DNA of 64,000 nt, taken from contig CAWHCB010000013.1 of assembly GCA_963827905.1 (NCBI GenBank), positions 26,300 through 90,299 of the forward strand, read 5' to 3'. The translations under genes and the position numbers were made by a program. This stretch comes from Methanomassiliicoccaceae archaeon (GTDB lineage: Archaea; Thermoplasmatota; Thermoplasmata; Methanomassiliicoccales; UBA472). Within the stretch, counting starts at the first letter, position 1, and every line of letters starts with the position of its first letter. Of the stretch, positions 19,515 through 29,096 are shown piece by piece. Under the pieces are notes generated by a model. That model had not been told where the DNA came from and searched no databases. It saw only the letters and a program-made list of their open reading frames with translations.

Positions 19515-20759
19515 ATGGTGAAGGTGGAACTGCCCTATGGTGCCAAAGGGCATCAGGACATCGAGCTGGACAGGGAGCGATTCCTCGGCGTCATCCGACC
19601 TTTGGAGGTGGAGGTGCACGACGAGGCCCAGGTCATCGACGCGTCCTTGGACGACCCCTGTGGCGGAAAGGACATATCCTCCTTCCTGAAGGGGGGCAAG
19701 GACATCGTTTTCATCGTGAACGATGGCACCAGGCCTACCCCGACCGCCAAAGTGCTGGACGCGCTGTCGGCCCGCTTCGACCTGACCAAGGCCCGATATC
19801 TGGTGGCCACCGGGACGCACCGCGCCCCCACCGAGGAGGAGCTGCGATTCATCTTCGGCGGTCATCTGGATGAATTGCGGGACCGGGTCCATGCCCACGA
19901 TTCCAAGAAGGACCGCTGCGTGCCGCTCGGCGTGTCTAAGAACGGCACCGAGATGGAGGTGAACGAGATGGCGGTCCGCGCCGATCGCCTGGTCATCATC
20001 ACCAGCGTCGAGCCCCACTATTTCGCCGGTTACACCGGAGGGAGGAAGTCCTTCCTGCCGGGGGTGGCGTCCTATCGCTCCGTGGAGCAGAACCACCGTC
20101 TGGCCATGAGACCGGAGGCCAAGGTGCTGGCCCTGGAGGGGAACCCCGTGCACGAGGACATGGTGGACGCTCTGAGCGCAGTCAAAGGCCTCAACGTCTT
20201 CTCGGTGCAGGTGGTGATGGACCGGCACCAGCGGGTGTACCGGGTGGCGTCCGGAGACCTCTTCCTGGCCTTCGAGCAGGCGGTGGAATGGGCCAACGAG
20301 GTGTTCGTGGTCGATGTCGAGGAGAGGGCGGACGTGGTCATCACCGTGGCGTCCTACCCGATGGACGTCGACCTGTACCAGTCGCAGAAGGCCATCGAGA
20401 ATGCCAAGCTGGCGGTGCGGGACGGCGGGGTGGTCATCCTGGTATCCAAGTGTCGGGAGGGCATCGGGGGCGAGGCGTTCTACCATCAGCTCTCCGCCTC
20501 CCGCGACCCCAAGCGCATCATGGAGAACCTGAGGAGGGAGTACAAGCTCGGTCACCACAAGGCGGCCAAGCTGGCCGAGCTCATGGACCGCGCTGAGCTC
20601 TACGCGGTAACCGGCCTGAGCTGTGAGGCGCTGGAGAGGATCAACGTCACTCCGTTCCGCAGCGCCCAGGAGGCTTTGGACCATGCCCTGGCCACCCGTC
20701 CCGGGGGAAAGGTATTAGTAATGTTGGACGGTAGCGTTACCGTCCCAAGGTTGGTCTAA
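19515..20759 (+). CDS. larA: nickel-pincer-dependent lactate racemase homologue (LarA family)
   Basis: VNDGTRPTP, ATGTHR, EPHYFAGYTGGRKS, GNPVHEDM, and KLGHHKAAKL near the C-terminus match the LarA family pattern. Confidence 0.8.
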   Translation: MVKVELPYGAKGHQDIELDRERFLGVIRPLEVEVHDEAQVIDASLDDPCGGKDISSFLKGGKDIVFIVNDGTRPTPTAKVLDALSARFDLTKARYLVATGTHRAPTEEELRFIFGGHLDELRDRVHAHDSKKDRCVPLGVSKNGTEMEVNEMAVRADRLVIITSVEPHYFAGYTGGRKSFLPGVASYRSVEQNHRLAMRPEAKVLALEGNPVHEDMVDALSAVKGLNVFSVQVVMDRHQRVYRVASGDLFLAFEQAVEWANEVFVVDVEERADVVITVASYPMDVDLYQSQKAIENAKLAVRDGGVVILVSKCREGIGGEAFYHQLSASRDPKRIMENLRREYKLGHHKAAKLAELMDRAELYAVTGLSCEALERINVTPFRSAQEALDHALATRPGGKVLVMLDGSVTVPRLV

Positions 20760-20760
20760 G

Positions 20761-21867
20761 ATGGCCGATTACATCGAGGCGGAGCATCTCCGCCACGTCA
20801 GGAAGGAACTGCTCACCTGCACCTATTGTGGTTTCTGCAAGAGCGTATGCCCGGCCTTCGACGATGTGGGATGGGACCCGAGCGTGGCCCGGGGCAGGAT
20901 GGTCCTGTCCTACGGACTTCTGAACAAGGAGCTCGAGGCGGACGACTCGGTGCTGGAATATCTCTACCAGTGCACCACCTGCAAGGACTGCGAGAGGCGC
21001 TGCCCTTCCAAGGTCCAGGTGGTGGACGTCGTGGAGAGGGCCCGCCGGGACCTGGTGGCCAACGGCCGGATGCTGCCCAAGCACCGGGCCATCGTCGAGA
21101 ACGTGCTCCGGACCGGCAATCCCTATGGGGAAAGGCGTACCGTCCGAGAGGCACTGGGCGTCGAGGACAAGGGGGCGGAGGTCGGTTATTTCGCCGGGTG
21201 CACCGCATCTTATCGTACGCAGAGCATAGCCAGGGCCACCATGTCCGTCATGGACAAGCTGGACATCGACTACGCCCTGGTGGACGAGGTGTGCTGCGGC
21301 TCCGTGCTTCAGAGGGTGGGATGGGACGAGGAGGAGGTTGCCGACCTATTCCATCGCAACGTCGAGGCCATCGCCGACCGCGGCGTCTCCGAGGTGGTGT
21401 TCAGCTGCTCTGGTTGCTATCGCATGTTCAAGGAGGAGTACCCTCGTTTCGTCAAGGTGCCCTTCAAGGTGCGGCATATCTCGGAGATGCTGGCCGAGAA
21501 AGACCTGGACCTTAGGCCATTGAAGGGGAAGGTCACCTATCACGACCCCTGCCATCTGGGCCGGCACTGCGGCGTCTACGACCCGCCGCGCCAGGTGATA
21601 GGCAAGGTACCAGGGATAGAATTCAAGGAGATGTCCCGGAGCAGGGAGACGGCGCGTTGCTGCGGCGGAGGGGGCGGGGTCCGTTCCGCCTATCCTGAGA
21701 TGTCGGCCCGGATCGCGGCCAAGCGGGTGGACGAGGCGGCCTTCGCCGACTACCTGGTCACCGCCTGCCCGTTCTGCGTGAACAACCTCAACCTGGGCAA
21801 GGAGCGCCAAGGCGCCAAGCTGGAGGTACTGGACCTCACCGAGCTGGTGGACAGGCAGATGGGGTGA
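20761..21867 (+). CDS. (Fe-S)-binding oxidoreductase subunit with two CCG domains (GlcF/GlpC/HdrD-like)
   Basis: Two ferredoxin-type clusters (CTYCGFCKSVCP, CTTCKDCERRCP) followed by two Cys-rich CCG repeats (DEVCCGS, ETARCCGGGGG...ACPFC). Confidence 0.75.
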   Translation: MADYIEAEHLRHVRKELLTCTYCGFCKSVCPAFDDVGWDPSVARGRMVLSYGLLNKELEADDSVLEYLYQCTTCKDCERRCPSKVQVVDVVERARRDLVANGRMLPKHRAIVENVLRTGNPYGERRTVREALGVEDKGAEVGYFAGCTASYRTQSIARATMSVMDKLDIDYALVDEVCCGSVLQRVGWDEEEVADLFHRNVEAIADRGVSEVVFSCSGCYRMFKEEYPRFVKVPFKVRHISEMLAEKDLDLRPLKGKVTYHDPCHLGRHCGVYDPPRQVIGKVPGIEFKEMSRSRETARCCGGGGGVRSAYPEMSARIAAKRVDEAAFADYLVTACPFCVNNLNLGKERQGAKLEVLDLTELVDRQMG

Positions 21868-21871
21868 TGAC

Positions 21872-23047
21872 ATGTCCCGGGTGAGGCACTACTTCTCATA
21901 CGACGAGGCGCTGGCGGAGTGGCGCCGATTCGGGCTTCCGGAGAACTTCATGGACCGGCGGCGCATGCTCGGGTCCATCTTCGTGGTCCAGGACGGCATG
22001 GATCGGGAGGAGGCGGTCATACTGCAGGATGCGATCAAGGCAAAGGGGGGCGAGGCCTTCCTCTGTCGCAAGATTCGCTCTGGCAAGGTGATGATGGTGG
22101 GCGCTCCCTTCTTCTTCGAGCAGCTGGCCATGGACGCAGGTGCGGTGGGCCATTATGGTATGGAGATCGCCACCGCCATTCGCAACTACCATTCCGATTA
22201 CACCGTCCCGGTCCCTCTGGCCAAGCGGGAGCTGCGCTTCGACCGCACCCTGGTCATGGGGGTGCTCAACGTCACACCAGACTCGTTCTCCGATGGCGGT
22301 TCCTTTGACAACACTGAAGCCGCCGTGGAGAGGGCGATGCAAATAGTGCAGGAGGGCGCGGACATCATCGACATAGGCGGGGAATCCACCCGGCCAGGCG
22401 CGAAGGCGGTGGCCGAGAAGGTAGAGATGGGCCGCATATTGCCCGTCATCGAGGCCTTGGTCGGTAAGATCGCCGTGCCCATCTCCGTGGACACGCGCCA
22501 CCCGACGGTGGCAGATCTGGCCCTCGAGAGGGGGGCGGAGATCATCAACGACGTTTCTGGATTGAGGGACCCGGAGATGATCAAGGTGGCGGCCAGCCAT
22601 CAATGTGGCGTGGTCTCCATGCATATGCGCGACGAGCCGGGCACCATGCAGCACAATGTGCATTACGAGGACCTGGTGGGGGACATCTACCACGAGCTGC
22701 ATCTTTCCATCCAGCGCGCGGTGGAGGGCGGGGTGGCGCCGGAACGGATCATGGTGGACCCGGGCATAGGGTTCGGCAAGACCGCCGATCATAATCTGGA
22801 GCTGCTGCACCGTTTGCGCGAGTTCCGCGGGTTGGGGGGGCCATTGCTCGTCGGCACGTCAAGGAAGAGCTTCATCGGAACGATATTGGGAGGTAATCCC
22901 GATCAACGTCTGGAAGGCTCCCTGGCGACGGCGGTGGTGGCGGCAATGAACGGAGCCAACATCGTCCGCGTCCATGACGTCGGTCCAACGGTGAAGGCGA
23001 TGCGCATGACGGATGCGGTGCTGCGCCGGAAGAGCCGACCCTATTAG
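21872..23047 (+). CDS. folP: dihydropteroate synthase with an about 120-aa N-terminal extension
   Basis: The core starts at LVMGVLNVTPDSFSDGG, followed by DIGGESTRPGA, SVDT, INDVSG and DPGIGFGKT. The first about 120 aa match nothing I recognise. Confidence 0.85.
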   Translation: MSRVRHYFSYDEALAEWRRFGLPENFMDRRRMLGSIFVVQDGMDREEAVILQDAIKAKGGEAFLCRKIRSGKVMMVGAPFFFEQLAMDAGAVGHYGMEIATAIRNYHSDYTVPVPLAKRELRFDRTLVMGVLNVTPDSFSDGGSFDNTEAAVERAMQIVQEGADIIDIGGESTRPGAKAVAEKVEMGRILPVIEALVGKIAVPISVDTRHPTVADLALERGAEIINDVSGLRDPEMIKVAASHQCGVVSMHMRDEPGTMQHNVHYEDLVGDIYHELHLSIQRAVEGGVAPERIMVDPGIGFGKTADHNLELLHRLREFRGLGGPLLVGTSRKSFIGTILGGNPDQRLEGSLATAVVAAMNGANIVRVHDVGPTVKAMRMTDAVLRRKSRPY

Positions 23048-23283
23048 ATGACAAAGAAGGTCGCGGTCACGGCGATGACCACCACACCGACGGCCGCCAG
23101 GAAGAGGTAGCTCCTGAGCTTCTCCTTTTTGACCTCCTTCCGGTAGTCCTCCTGGCATTTCTCGGAGCAGAACTTCTGTCCCAGATCTATCGGGTCGTCG
23201 CAGATCTGGCAGTGGTCGTGCTCGGGCAGGTTCTCGGTCAAGGCATCACTTCCGCAGCGGAAGGAGGAACGAAGCCGTCCCAA
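23044..23283 (-). CDS. DUF2116-like zinc-ribbon membrane protein
   Basis: HDHCQICDDPIDLGQKFCSEKCQEDYRKEVKKEK followed by one TM helix. The true start is probably TTG at 23241, just after the bioY stop. Confidence 0.55.
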   Translation of the reverse strand: MGRLRSSFRCGSDALTENLPEHDHCQICDDPIDLGQKFCSEKCQEDYRKEVKKEKLRSYLFLAAVGVVVIAVTATFFVI

Positions 23284-23872
23284 TGGCCAGCACGATCTTC
23301 AGGGCATCTGCGGCCACGAACGGCGCCGCTCCCAGCGCGACGCCCTCCCACCAGCTTATGCCTAGGACCATCACCAGCTGTCCTACGCCGAACAGGTAGA
23401 TCAGGCCGACCGCGACCGCCATGGCCAGGGCCACGGTGGCATAGGTCCAGCTCTCCTTCCTCTCCACCAGCTCGCCCAGGAAGGCGGCGGCGGCGACGAA
23501 CCCGATCAGATAGCCCCCGGTCACGCCCACCAGCGCCATGAGGCCTCCGGCGGCGAACAGTCCGAAAGAACCCCCGATGGCAAGGAACATGACCTGGCTT
23601 ATCGCCCCGTATCGTCCCAGCACGACGGCGGAAAGGAGGACCACCAGCACTTGTCCGGTGAAGGGCACCGGAGTGAACGGCATATAAAGGCGGACCATCG
23701 AGGCCAGGGCGGTGAGCAGGGCGAACAGCAAGGCCACGGTCATCTTCTCGACGAACGTCGCCTCGTTCCTCCAGCCATGGAGGTCGTTGGCCACCTTGTC
23801 CTTGTAGTAACGATACCCGCCTGTGCCGTACATGCGGGGATGATGCCGGCATGCCTTGATAAAATTTATCAT
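23246..23872 (-). CDS. bioY: biotin transporter S component BioY
   Basis: Polytopic protein with PFTPVPFTGQVLVVLLSAVVLG, GGYLIGF and FVAADALK. The start codon is uncertain (several Met). Confidence 0.8.
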   Translation of the reverse strand: MINFIKACRHHPRMYGTGGYRYYKDKVANDLHGWRNEATFVEKMTVALLFALLTALASMVRLYMPFTPVPFTGQVLVVLLSAVVLGRYGAISQVMFLAIGGSFGLFAAGGLMALVGVTGGYLIGFVAAAAFLGELVERKESWTYATVALAMAVAVGLIYLFGVGQLVMVLGISWWEGVALGAAPFVAADALKIVLAIGTASFLLPLRK

Positions 23873-23992
23873 GGTGCCCCAGCGCGGTCCGGACGGTCCG
23901 GTCGGAGATCATGTCGTCGCTCATCCTCAGAGCAGGTTAGGTCATTGGGGACAAGCAAAACCCTCTTATGGCCCAAGGCGTATCCCGGCCTC

Positions 23993-24457
23993 ATGCTGGA
24001 ATGGAAGGTCCTGGGAAAAGAGACGCTGCCTGTGGCGATACAGGACAACTGGGAGGAGCAGCTACGCGCCCTCTCCGCCCGCAAGAAGGACAAGGAGCGC
24101 TTCCTGGCGATGCTCGATTCCGCCGATATATCCTACTTCTTCGACACCATACATGAGATCCACACCTTCCTGATCAAATTGCTCGTCGAGACCACCAATG
24201 AGGACCTGGCGTTCTTCGAGGGATTCATGAAGCGGGTCCGCCGCTCCGCCAAGGGACCGATGGTCTCCCTGGAGGGGGAGGAACAGAACAGCGTCATCAT
24301 CATCACCGCCGACAAGGAGCGGGACGATTATGAGGCCAGGCAGGAGAAGAGGGAAGAGCGGGCGGTGGCCCGCGAGGCCTCCATGAAGGAGATGGAGGAA
24401 AGGAGCCGGGAACAATGGGCCAATCCTAGCTCATCAAAGCGCCGGACCTCTCGATGA
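23993..24457 (+). CDS. hypothetical protein (charged, coiled-coil-like C-terminus)
   Basis: The coding-looking part of the 268-aa ORF begins at ATG 23993 (MLEWKVLGKETLPVAIQDNWEEQL...). No motif recognised. Its tail overlaps the convergent trpD-like gene by 32 nt. Confidence 0.4.
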   Translation: MLEWKVLGKETLPVAIQDNWEEQLRALSARKKDKERFLAMLDSADISYFFDTIHEIHTFLIKLLVETTNEDLAFFEGFMKRVRRSAKGPMVSLEGEEQNSVIIITADKERDDYEARQEKREERAVAREASMKEMEERSREQWANPSSSKRRTSR

Positions 24458-25556
24458 GGCGGTCCAGCTGTTCCACCTTGACCGTCGAGTCGCCGCTCTG
24501 TTGTTCCGCCACCCACTGGCGTAGCTTCTTTATCGCCTTGCCGGAGTCGATGATCCCCTCTGCCTTGCGCACGCCTTCCTCAAGGTCCTTGGCATGACCG
24601 GTTATGTAGAGTATGGGGGCGGTGTTCAGACAGACGATGTCACGGCGGGAGTTGTGGTCCTCGCCAGACAGCACGCGTAGCAGCTCGATGGCCTCCTGTT
24701 CCTTGTTCAACTTGCAGAGGATGACCTCCTCCTTGGCGGTCGGGAGCCCGAGGTCCTTGTAATTTAGCACGTACTCCTCGATCTCCCCGTCCGGGTGCAG
24801 CTCGGCCACATGCGTCGGTCCGAGGGTGGAGAGTTCGTCCAGGCCACGCTTCTCATGTGCGTCCATCCCATGCACCACGAACGCCCGGCGGTAGCCGATC
24901 TCGCGCATGGTCTTGGTGATGGGCATGACCATCTCCTTGGCGTACACGCCTCGGACACCATAGGTCGGCAGCGCGGGATTGGCCAGGGACCCGGCCATGT
25001 TCAGCACCGTGCCGAAGCGGACCTGGGAGAGGATGCGGTAGAGGGCCTGGGGGTGGACCTTGCCGCTCATGCCGTTGAACATGCCGATCCCGGCGTTCTC
25101 GATGCTGCGTTTCACCACCGAGACATCGCACTCCACGTCCACGCCCAGCGCCTCCACGATGTCCACCGTGCCGCATTTGGAGGTTATGGCGCGGGCACCG
25201 TGCTTGGCCATGTAGATGCCGTCCGCCGCGGCCACGATGGAGGCGGCGGTGGAGATGTTGAAGGTCTTGATGGTGTCCATGCCGGTGCCGCAATTGTCCA
25301 CCAATGGGCCAGGGACCTCCGGTCTGACCTTGACGGTATCGATATCGTATATCGCCTCCCAGCTTCCGGCCAGCTCCTCCGGGGTGGCGCCTTTCGCGGT
25401 CAGCGCCGCCAAGAACGCGCCCTGCTGCAGGTCCGGCTGTTGGTTCAAAAGCACCTCTCGGAACAGGTCCCTGGCCTCCGCCCGGGTGATGTCCTTTCCC
25501 TTGATCAGCGCGTCCACCTTTCCGCCGAAGTACCTCAATTTCTCTTCCATTTTCAC
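24426..25556 (-). CDS. anthranilate phosphoribosyltransferase-like protein (glycosyl transferase family 3, TrpD2-like)
   Basis: 376 aa. AFLAALTAKGATPEELAG, DNCGTGMD, HGARAITSKCGTVD, LANPA. No other trp genes are nearby. Confidence 0.75.
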   Translation of the reverse strand: MKMEEKLRYFGGKVDALIKGKDITRAEARDLFREVLLNQQPDLQQGAFLAALTAKGATPEELAGSWEAIYDIDTVKVRPEVPGPLVDNCGTGMDTIKTFNISTAASIVAAADGIYMAKHGARAITSKCGTVDIVEALGVDVECDVSVVKRSIENAGIGMFNGMSGKVHPQALYRILSQVRFGTVLNMAGSLANPALPTYGVRGVYAKEMVMPITKTMREIGYRRAFVVHGMDAHEKRGLDELSTLGPTHVAELHPDGEIEEYVLNYKDLGLPTAKEEVILCKLNKEQEAIELLRVLSGEDHNSRRDIVCLNTAPILYITGHAKDLEEGVRKAEGIIDSGKAIKKLRQWVAEQQSGDSTVKVEQLDRLIERSGALMS

Positions 25557-25559
25557 ACC

Positions 25560-26600
25560 TCAGAATTTGGTAATGACCGATTTCATACCGATACGGTCGT
25601 TGACATGTTGGAACGCCTGTCCGATCCCGTCCAACGTCGCCCGCTCCGTGACCAACCACTCCACGTCCAGCTCCCCGGAGAGCAACGATTCCACCGCCAT
25701 GCGGTTGTGACGGCTGGAGCAACCGTACGCCCCCACCAGGGCGATCTCCCGGTAGTGCAGGGAGCGCACATCGAACGGCACCTCATGGTTGCCCTTCTTG
25801 GGGCCGCTGAAGACGCTGATCCGGCCATGGGGGGCCACCAATTTGAGCACCCAACTGTCCACCCGCACCTCCGGGGTCGACATGAGCACAACGTCCACCC
25901 CCTCCCCGCCGGTCTCCTCGGCCACGATCGTGGCGATGTCCTCCGCCGATGGGTCGATGATGCGATCGGCCAGTCCCGAAGGCAATAGCGCCCTGCGCCC
26001 CTCCAGGTGCTCGGTCATGAGGACCTTGCCCGCCCCCTTGTGCCTGGCCGCGATGGCATGCAGGCACCCGATGGGCCCGGCACCGAATATCAGCACCACG
26101 TCCCCTCTCCTCACCGAGGCCAGCTCCTGCCCGTTGAGGCAGCAGGCCAACGGCTCCGTCAAGGTGACCAGAGCGGCATCGACGGTCGCCGGCAAGCGGA
26201 CCAGGCCGCCGCCGCGAACGCTCTCCGCCGGCACAGCCATGCGCTGGGCGAACCCCCCGTCCCGGTTGAAGCCGAGGATGCCCATATGGTGGCATTGGTT
26301 GTCATGCCCGCGGGAGCAGGGGCGGCAGACGCCACAGGCGATCCCTGGCCAAATCTGGACCAGGTCACCCTGGCGGTATGATCGCACCTTATCGTCTACA
26401 TCCACGATGCGACCGACCATCTCATGGCCCAGCACCCTGGGGTACACCAGGTCCTTATGGCCATGCTCCAGCATCTTGACGTCAGTGCCGCAGATGGCGC
26501 AGGCCACCAGCTCCACCACCACCCCACCCGGGGGGAGTTCCGGCTCATCCATCTCCTCCACGACGAGGGACCCAGGGCCGGTCATCAGGGCTGCTTTCAT
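25560..26600 (-). CDS. zinc-dependent alcohol/polyol dehydrogenase (MDR family)
   Basis: CAICGTDVK, GHEMVG, structural-Zn motif CGVCRPCSRGHDNQC, Rossmann motif IFGAGPIG. Confidence 0.8.
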   Translation of the reverse strand: MKAALMTGPGSLVVEEMDEPELPPGGVVVELVACAICGTDVKMLEHGHKDLVYPRVLGHEMVGRIVDVDDKVRSYRQGDLVQIWPGIACGVCRPCSRGHDNQCHHMGILGFNRDGGFAQRMAVPAESVRGGGLVRLPATVDAALVTLTEPLACCLNGQELASVRRGDVVLIFGAGPIGCLHAIAARHKGAGKVLMTEHLEGRRALLPSGLADRIIDPSAEDIATIVAEETGGEGVDVVLMSTPEVRVDSWVLKLVAPHGRISVFSGPKKGNHEVPFDVRSLHYREIALVGAYGCSSRHNRMAVESLLSGELDVEWLVTERATLDGIGQAFQHVNDRIGMKSVITKF

Positions 26601-26749
26601 GCAGCGTTAGGTATGGATTGCCGATATTTAAATTGGATATATCATCCAACTCACATCCAGCTTATCGCCATCGACATAATTGATAGGTTTTCGAGCAGGG
26701 TATGCATAAAGTAGATTAACGCCCAGGTTCGTGAGGATAACCACTTGGT

Positions 26750-28603
26750 ATGTCGATCCGCGTTCGCGTCGTCCTGTTAGCGTTTCTGTTGTTGGCCTCC
26801 ATGTTCGCGCCTCTGGCGTTCATCGAGCCCTCATCGACCAGCCCGGGCGAGGTTGCTACCAGGATGAACATGGAGAGCACATCCTTGGAGACCCAGGGGT
26901 TGGCACGCACCGACCTCCCTATGAACGCTGAAGCTACCGCGCCAAGTACCACTGAAATCATCCTCACCGCCCGATTCAACTATTCCTCAGAGAACGGCCT
27001 CAGCGTCACTGCCTTGCAAGGGAGGCCTGGTGCAGCTGTGGAGGGTCGGGGCCCACAGCTCCTTCGTGGAAAGGAACGGCACCACGGATGGCGCGGGCAA
27101 GGTCACCTTCACCAACCTCACCGCAGGCCAGTTCGAGCTCATCATCAGCACCTCGGACCAACGATTCGTCGAGGTGAGGGACACGACGATATTGTCCAAC
27201 TCGGTCTACGAGTGGTCCACCGGGTCTTCACCCTGAGCTCGTCCAGCACCATCAACCACCGCATCACCAATGAGGACCGGGGGGCCTGGTCGGCCTTCGA
27301 GGCAGCCCGGGCCGGTGCGCTCTGGATCAAGGACCGCACCGGTTTTGAGATGAACGAGGTGACCATCAACTGGCCCTCTGGCACCTGGCCCAGCTCCATC
27401 GGGCACGGTCATCGACATCCCGGCCGAGGACGGGCATATCTGGGACCAGGGGACGATCCTCCACGAGTACGGTCATTGCATCCATTATACCGTAAGGGGA
27501 GGGAGCTTCCCCTACACCGAGGGACTGGACCCTCATTATATCGATAGCGTTTCCAACGGGCCCTTCGCGCTCACCGAGGGTTGGGCCGAGTTCTTCGAGC
27601 GGGCGGTCATCGGGAGACCCGGTCCGCTCCGACGGCAGCAACATGGAATCGACGGTGTACGCCGATGGACCCTTCTTCAACGGGGATTACGGCGACTGGG
27701 ACGGCAACACGGTGGAGGGCGCCGTGGCCAATGTCCTCTGGGACATCTATGACGGGGTCTCCTCCACCGACAACCCATCCTGGGACCCGGACGGAAACGG
27801 GGACCTGATCGACAACGAGTTCGGTACCTTCTGGACCATATTCCGCGATGACAAGCCCCAGAGCATGGTCCAGGTTTACACTGCCTGGCCGGACAAGAAC
27901 GACTCCTTGCGCACCATCTTCTACCATGCAAGGTTCCAGGTCGATCTGGGCTATCCGCTCAACCCCACCACCTATGACTCCAGCCACAAGATCATGGAGG
28001 AATCCGACGACTCGACCGTGGAGGTGACCTGGAGCGGTGCCATCGATTACTCCGGTAACATCGCCGGTTATTCCATCGTCTGGGACGGGGAGCCGGACAC
28101 CGTGCCCGACGACAGCATCGACACCGTCATGGCCAAGTCCAAGAGCCCGCCTTTGACGCAAGGGCTATGGTACCTACATATCCGCGCGATCAATGTCGAC
28201 GGCAACGCGGCCAACGGTTCCTACAACATCGGTCCGTTCGTGATCGCTGCCAATGCCACGGCCCAGGACGATGATGGAGGATCTTGGACACTGGAAGGCT
28301 GGGAGATAGCATTGCTCGTGGTGTTCGCCATTGTGGTGGCGGCATCGGTCATCGGGGTCAGCAGGATCATCAAGAGACCGGACCAGGACACACTGCCGAC
28401 GGAGGAGCAGCAATATGGCATGCCGTGGGCCCCGACGACCTACACAATGATGAACACCAGCTATGCCCCGCCACCACCGCCACCACCGGTCGGCGGCGCC
28501 CCTGCCCCCGGAGAACCCTGACGGAGCACGATTCTGCCGCAATTGCGGTCGGACGGATGTGGGAGGGGTCTTCTGCCCCTTCTGCGGTTACAAGCTCCGT
28601 TGA
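26750..28603 (+). pseudogene. secreted gluzincin metalloprotease with TM anchor, Pro-rich linker and C-terminal zinc ribbon; frame interrupted about 5 times
   Basis: In order: signal peptide MSIRVRVVLLAFLLLASMFAPLA; a carboxypeptidase-regulatory-like segment (NGTTDGAGKVTFTNLTAGQFELIIS); HEYGHCIHY...TEGWAEFF (HExxH plus downstream E); a beta-rich domain; TM helix IALLVVFAIVVAASVIGV; PPPPPPP; and FCRNCGRTDVGGVFCPFCGYKLR*. Frame shifts lie near 27025, 27225, 27405, 27628 and 28515. Confidence 0.65.
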
Positions 28604-28634
28604 AGTGATTTACCCGAAGCCCGATACCGACGCC

Positions 28635-29096
28635 ATGAGGCGGGCGGAGAAGGAGATAACGGACCGAGCTCAGATCGATTCCATCATCCAAGCGGCGGGG
28701 GTGTGCCGCATCGGACTGGTGGACGGGGATGAGGCGTACATAGTTCCCATGAACTTCGGCTATGCCGACGGTTGCCTTTGGTTCCACTGCGCCAAGGAAG
28801 GCCGGAAGATGGACCTGGTGCAACGCAACGGGAAGGCCACCTTCGAGATCGACATCGATGAGGGCCTCGTGCTGGACCGGGACGCTTACAAATGCAGCAA
28901 CAACTTCAAGTGCGTCATGGGGAAGGGCCGGATCGGTGTGGCGAGCGCGCCCGAGGAAAGGGCAAAAGGGATCGAGGCACTGATGAGGCATTATCATCCC
29001 GGCGATTATGTCGTGACCGAAAGGTGCATGGACAAGACCGTCGTGCTCAAGCTCGAGGTGGAGAGTATGAGCTGCAAGGTGAACAAGCGGGACTAG
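28635..29096 (+). CDS. pyridoxamine 5'-phosphate oxidase family protein (NimA-like)
   Basis: About 153 aa starting MRRAEKEITDRAQIDSIIQAAGVCRIGLVDGDEAYIVPMNFGY, the typical N-terminus of the Pyridox_ox_2 family. Confidence 0.7.
   Translation: MRRAEKEITDRAQIDSIIQAAGVCRIGLVDGDEAYIVPMNFGYADGCLWFHCAKEGRKMDLVQRNGKATFEIDIDEGLVLDRDAYKCSNNFKCVMGKGRIGVASAPEERAKGIEALMRHYHPGDYVVTERCMDKTVVLKLEVESMSCKVNKRD

Noticed and set aside
19281-20684. Very long ORFs antisense to recognised genes. Examples: 19281-20684 (-) opposite larA, 38990-41239 (+) opposite the helicase, 24795-25988 (+), 7631-9079 (+), 58858-60027 (+) and 61603-62769 (-).
   Set aside because: Their translations are Arg/Gly/His/Pro/Leu-rich low-information strings. 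Each one fully shadows a gene with clear family motifs. This is the usual behaviour of high-G+C DNA, not overlapping genes.
28440-28500. CCACCACCGCCACCACCG-type repeat as a tandem DNA repeat or slippage element.
   Set aside because: It simply encodes the PPPPPPP linker of the membrane-anchored protease. It is too short and imperfect to count as a repeat locus.
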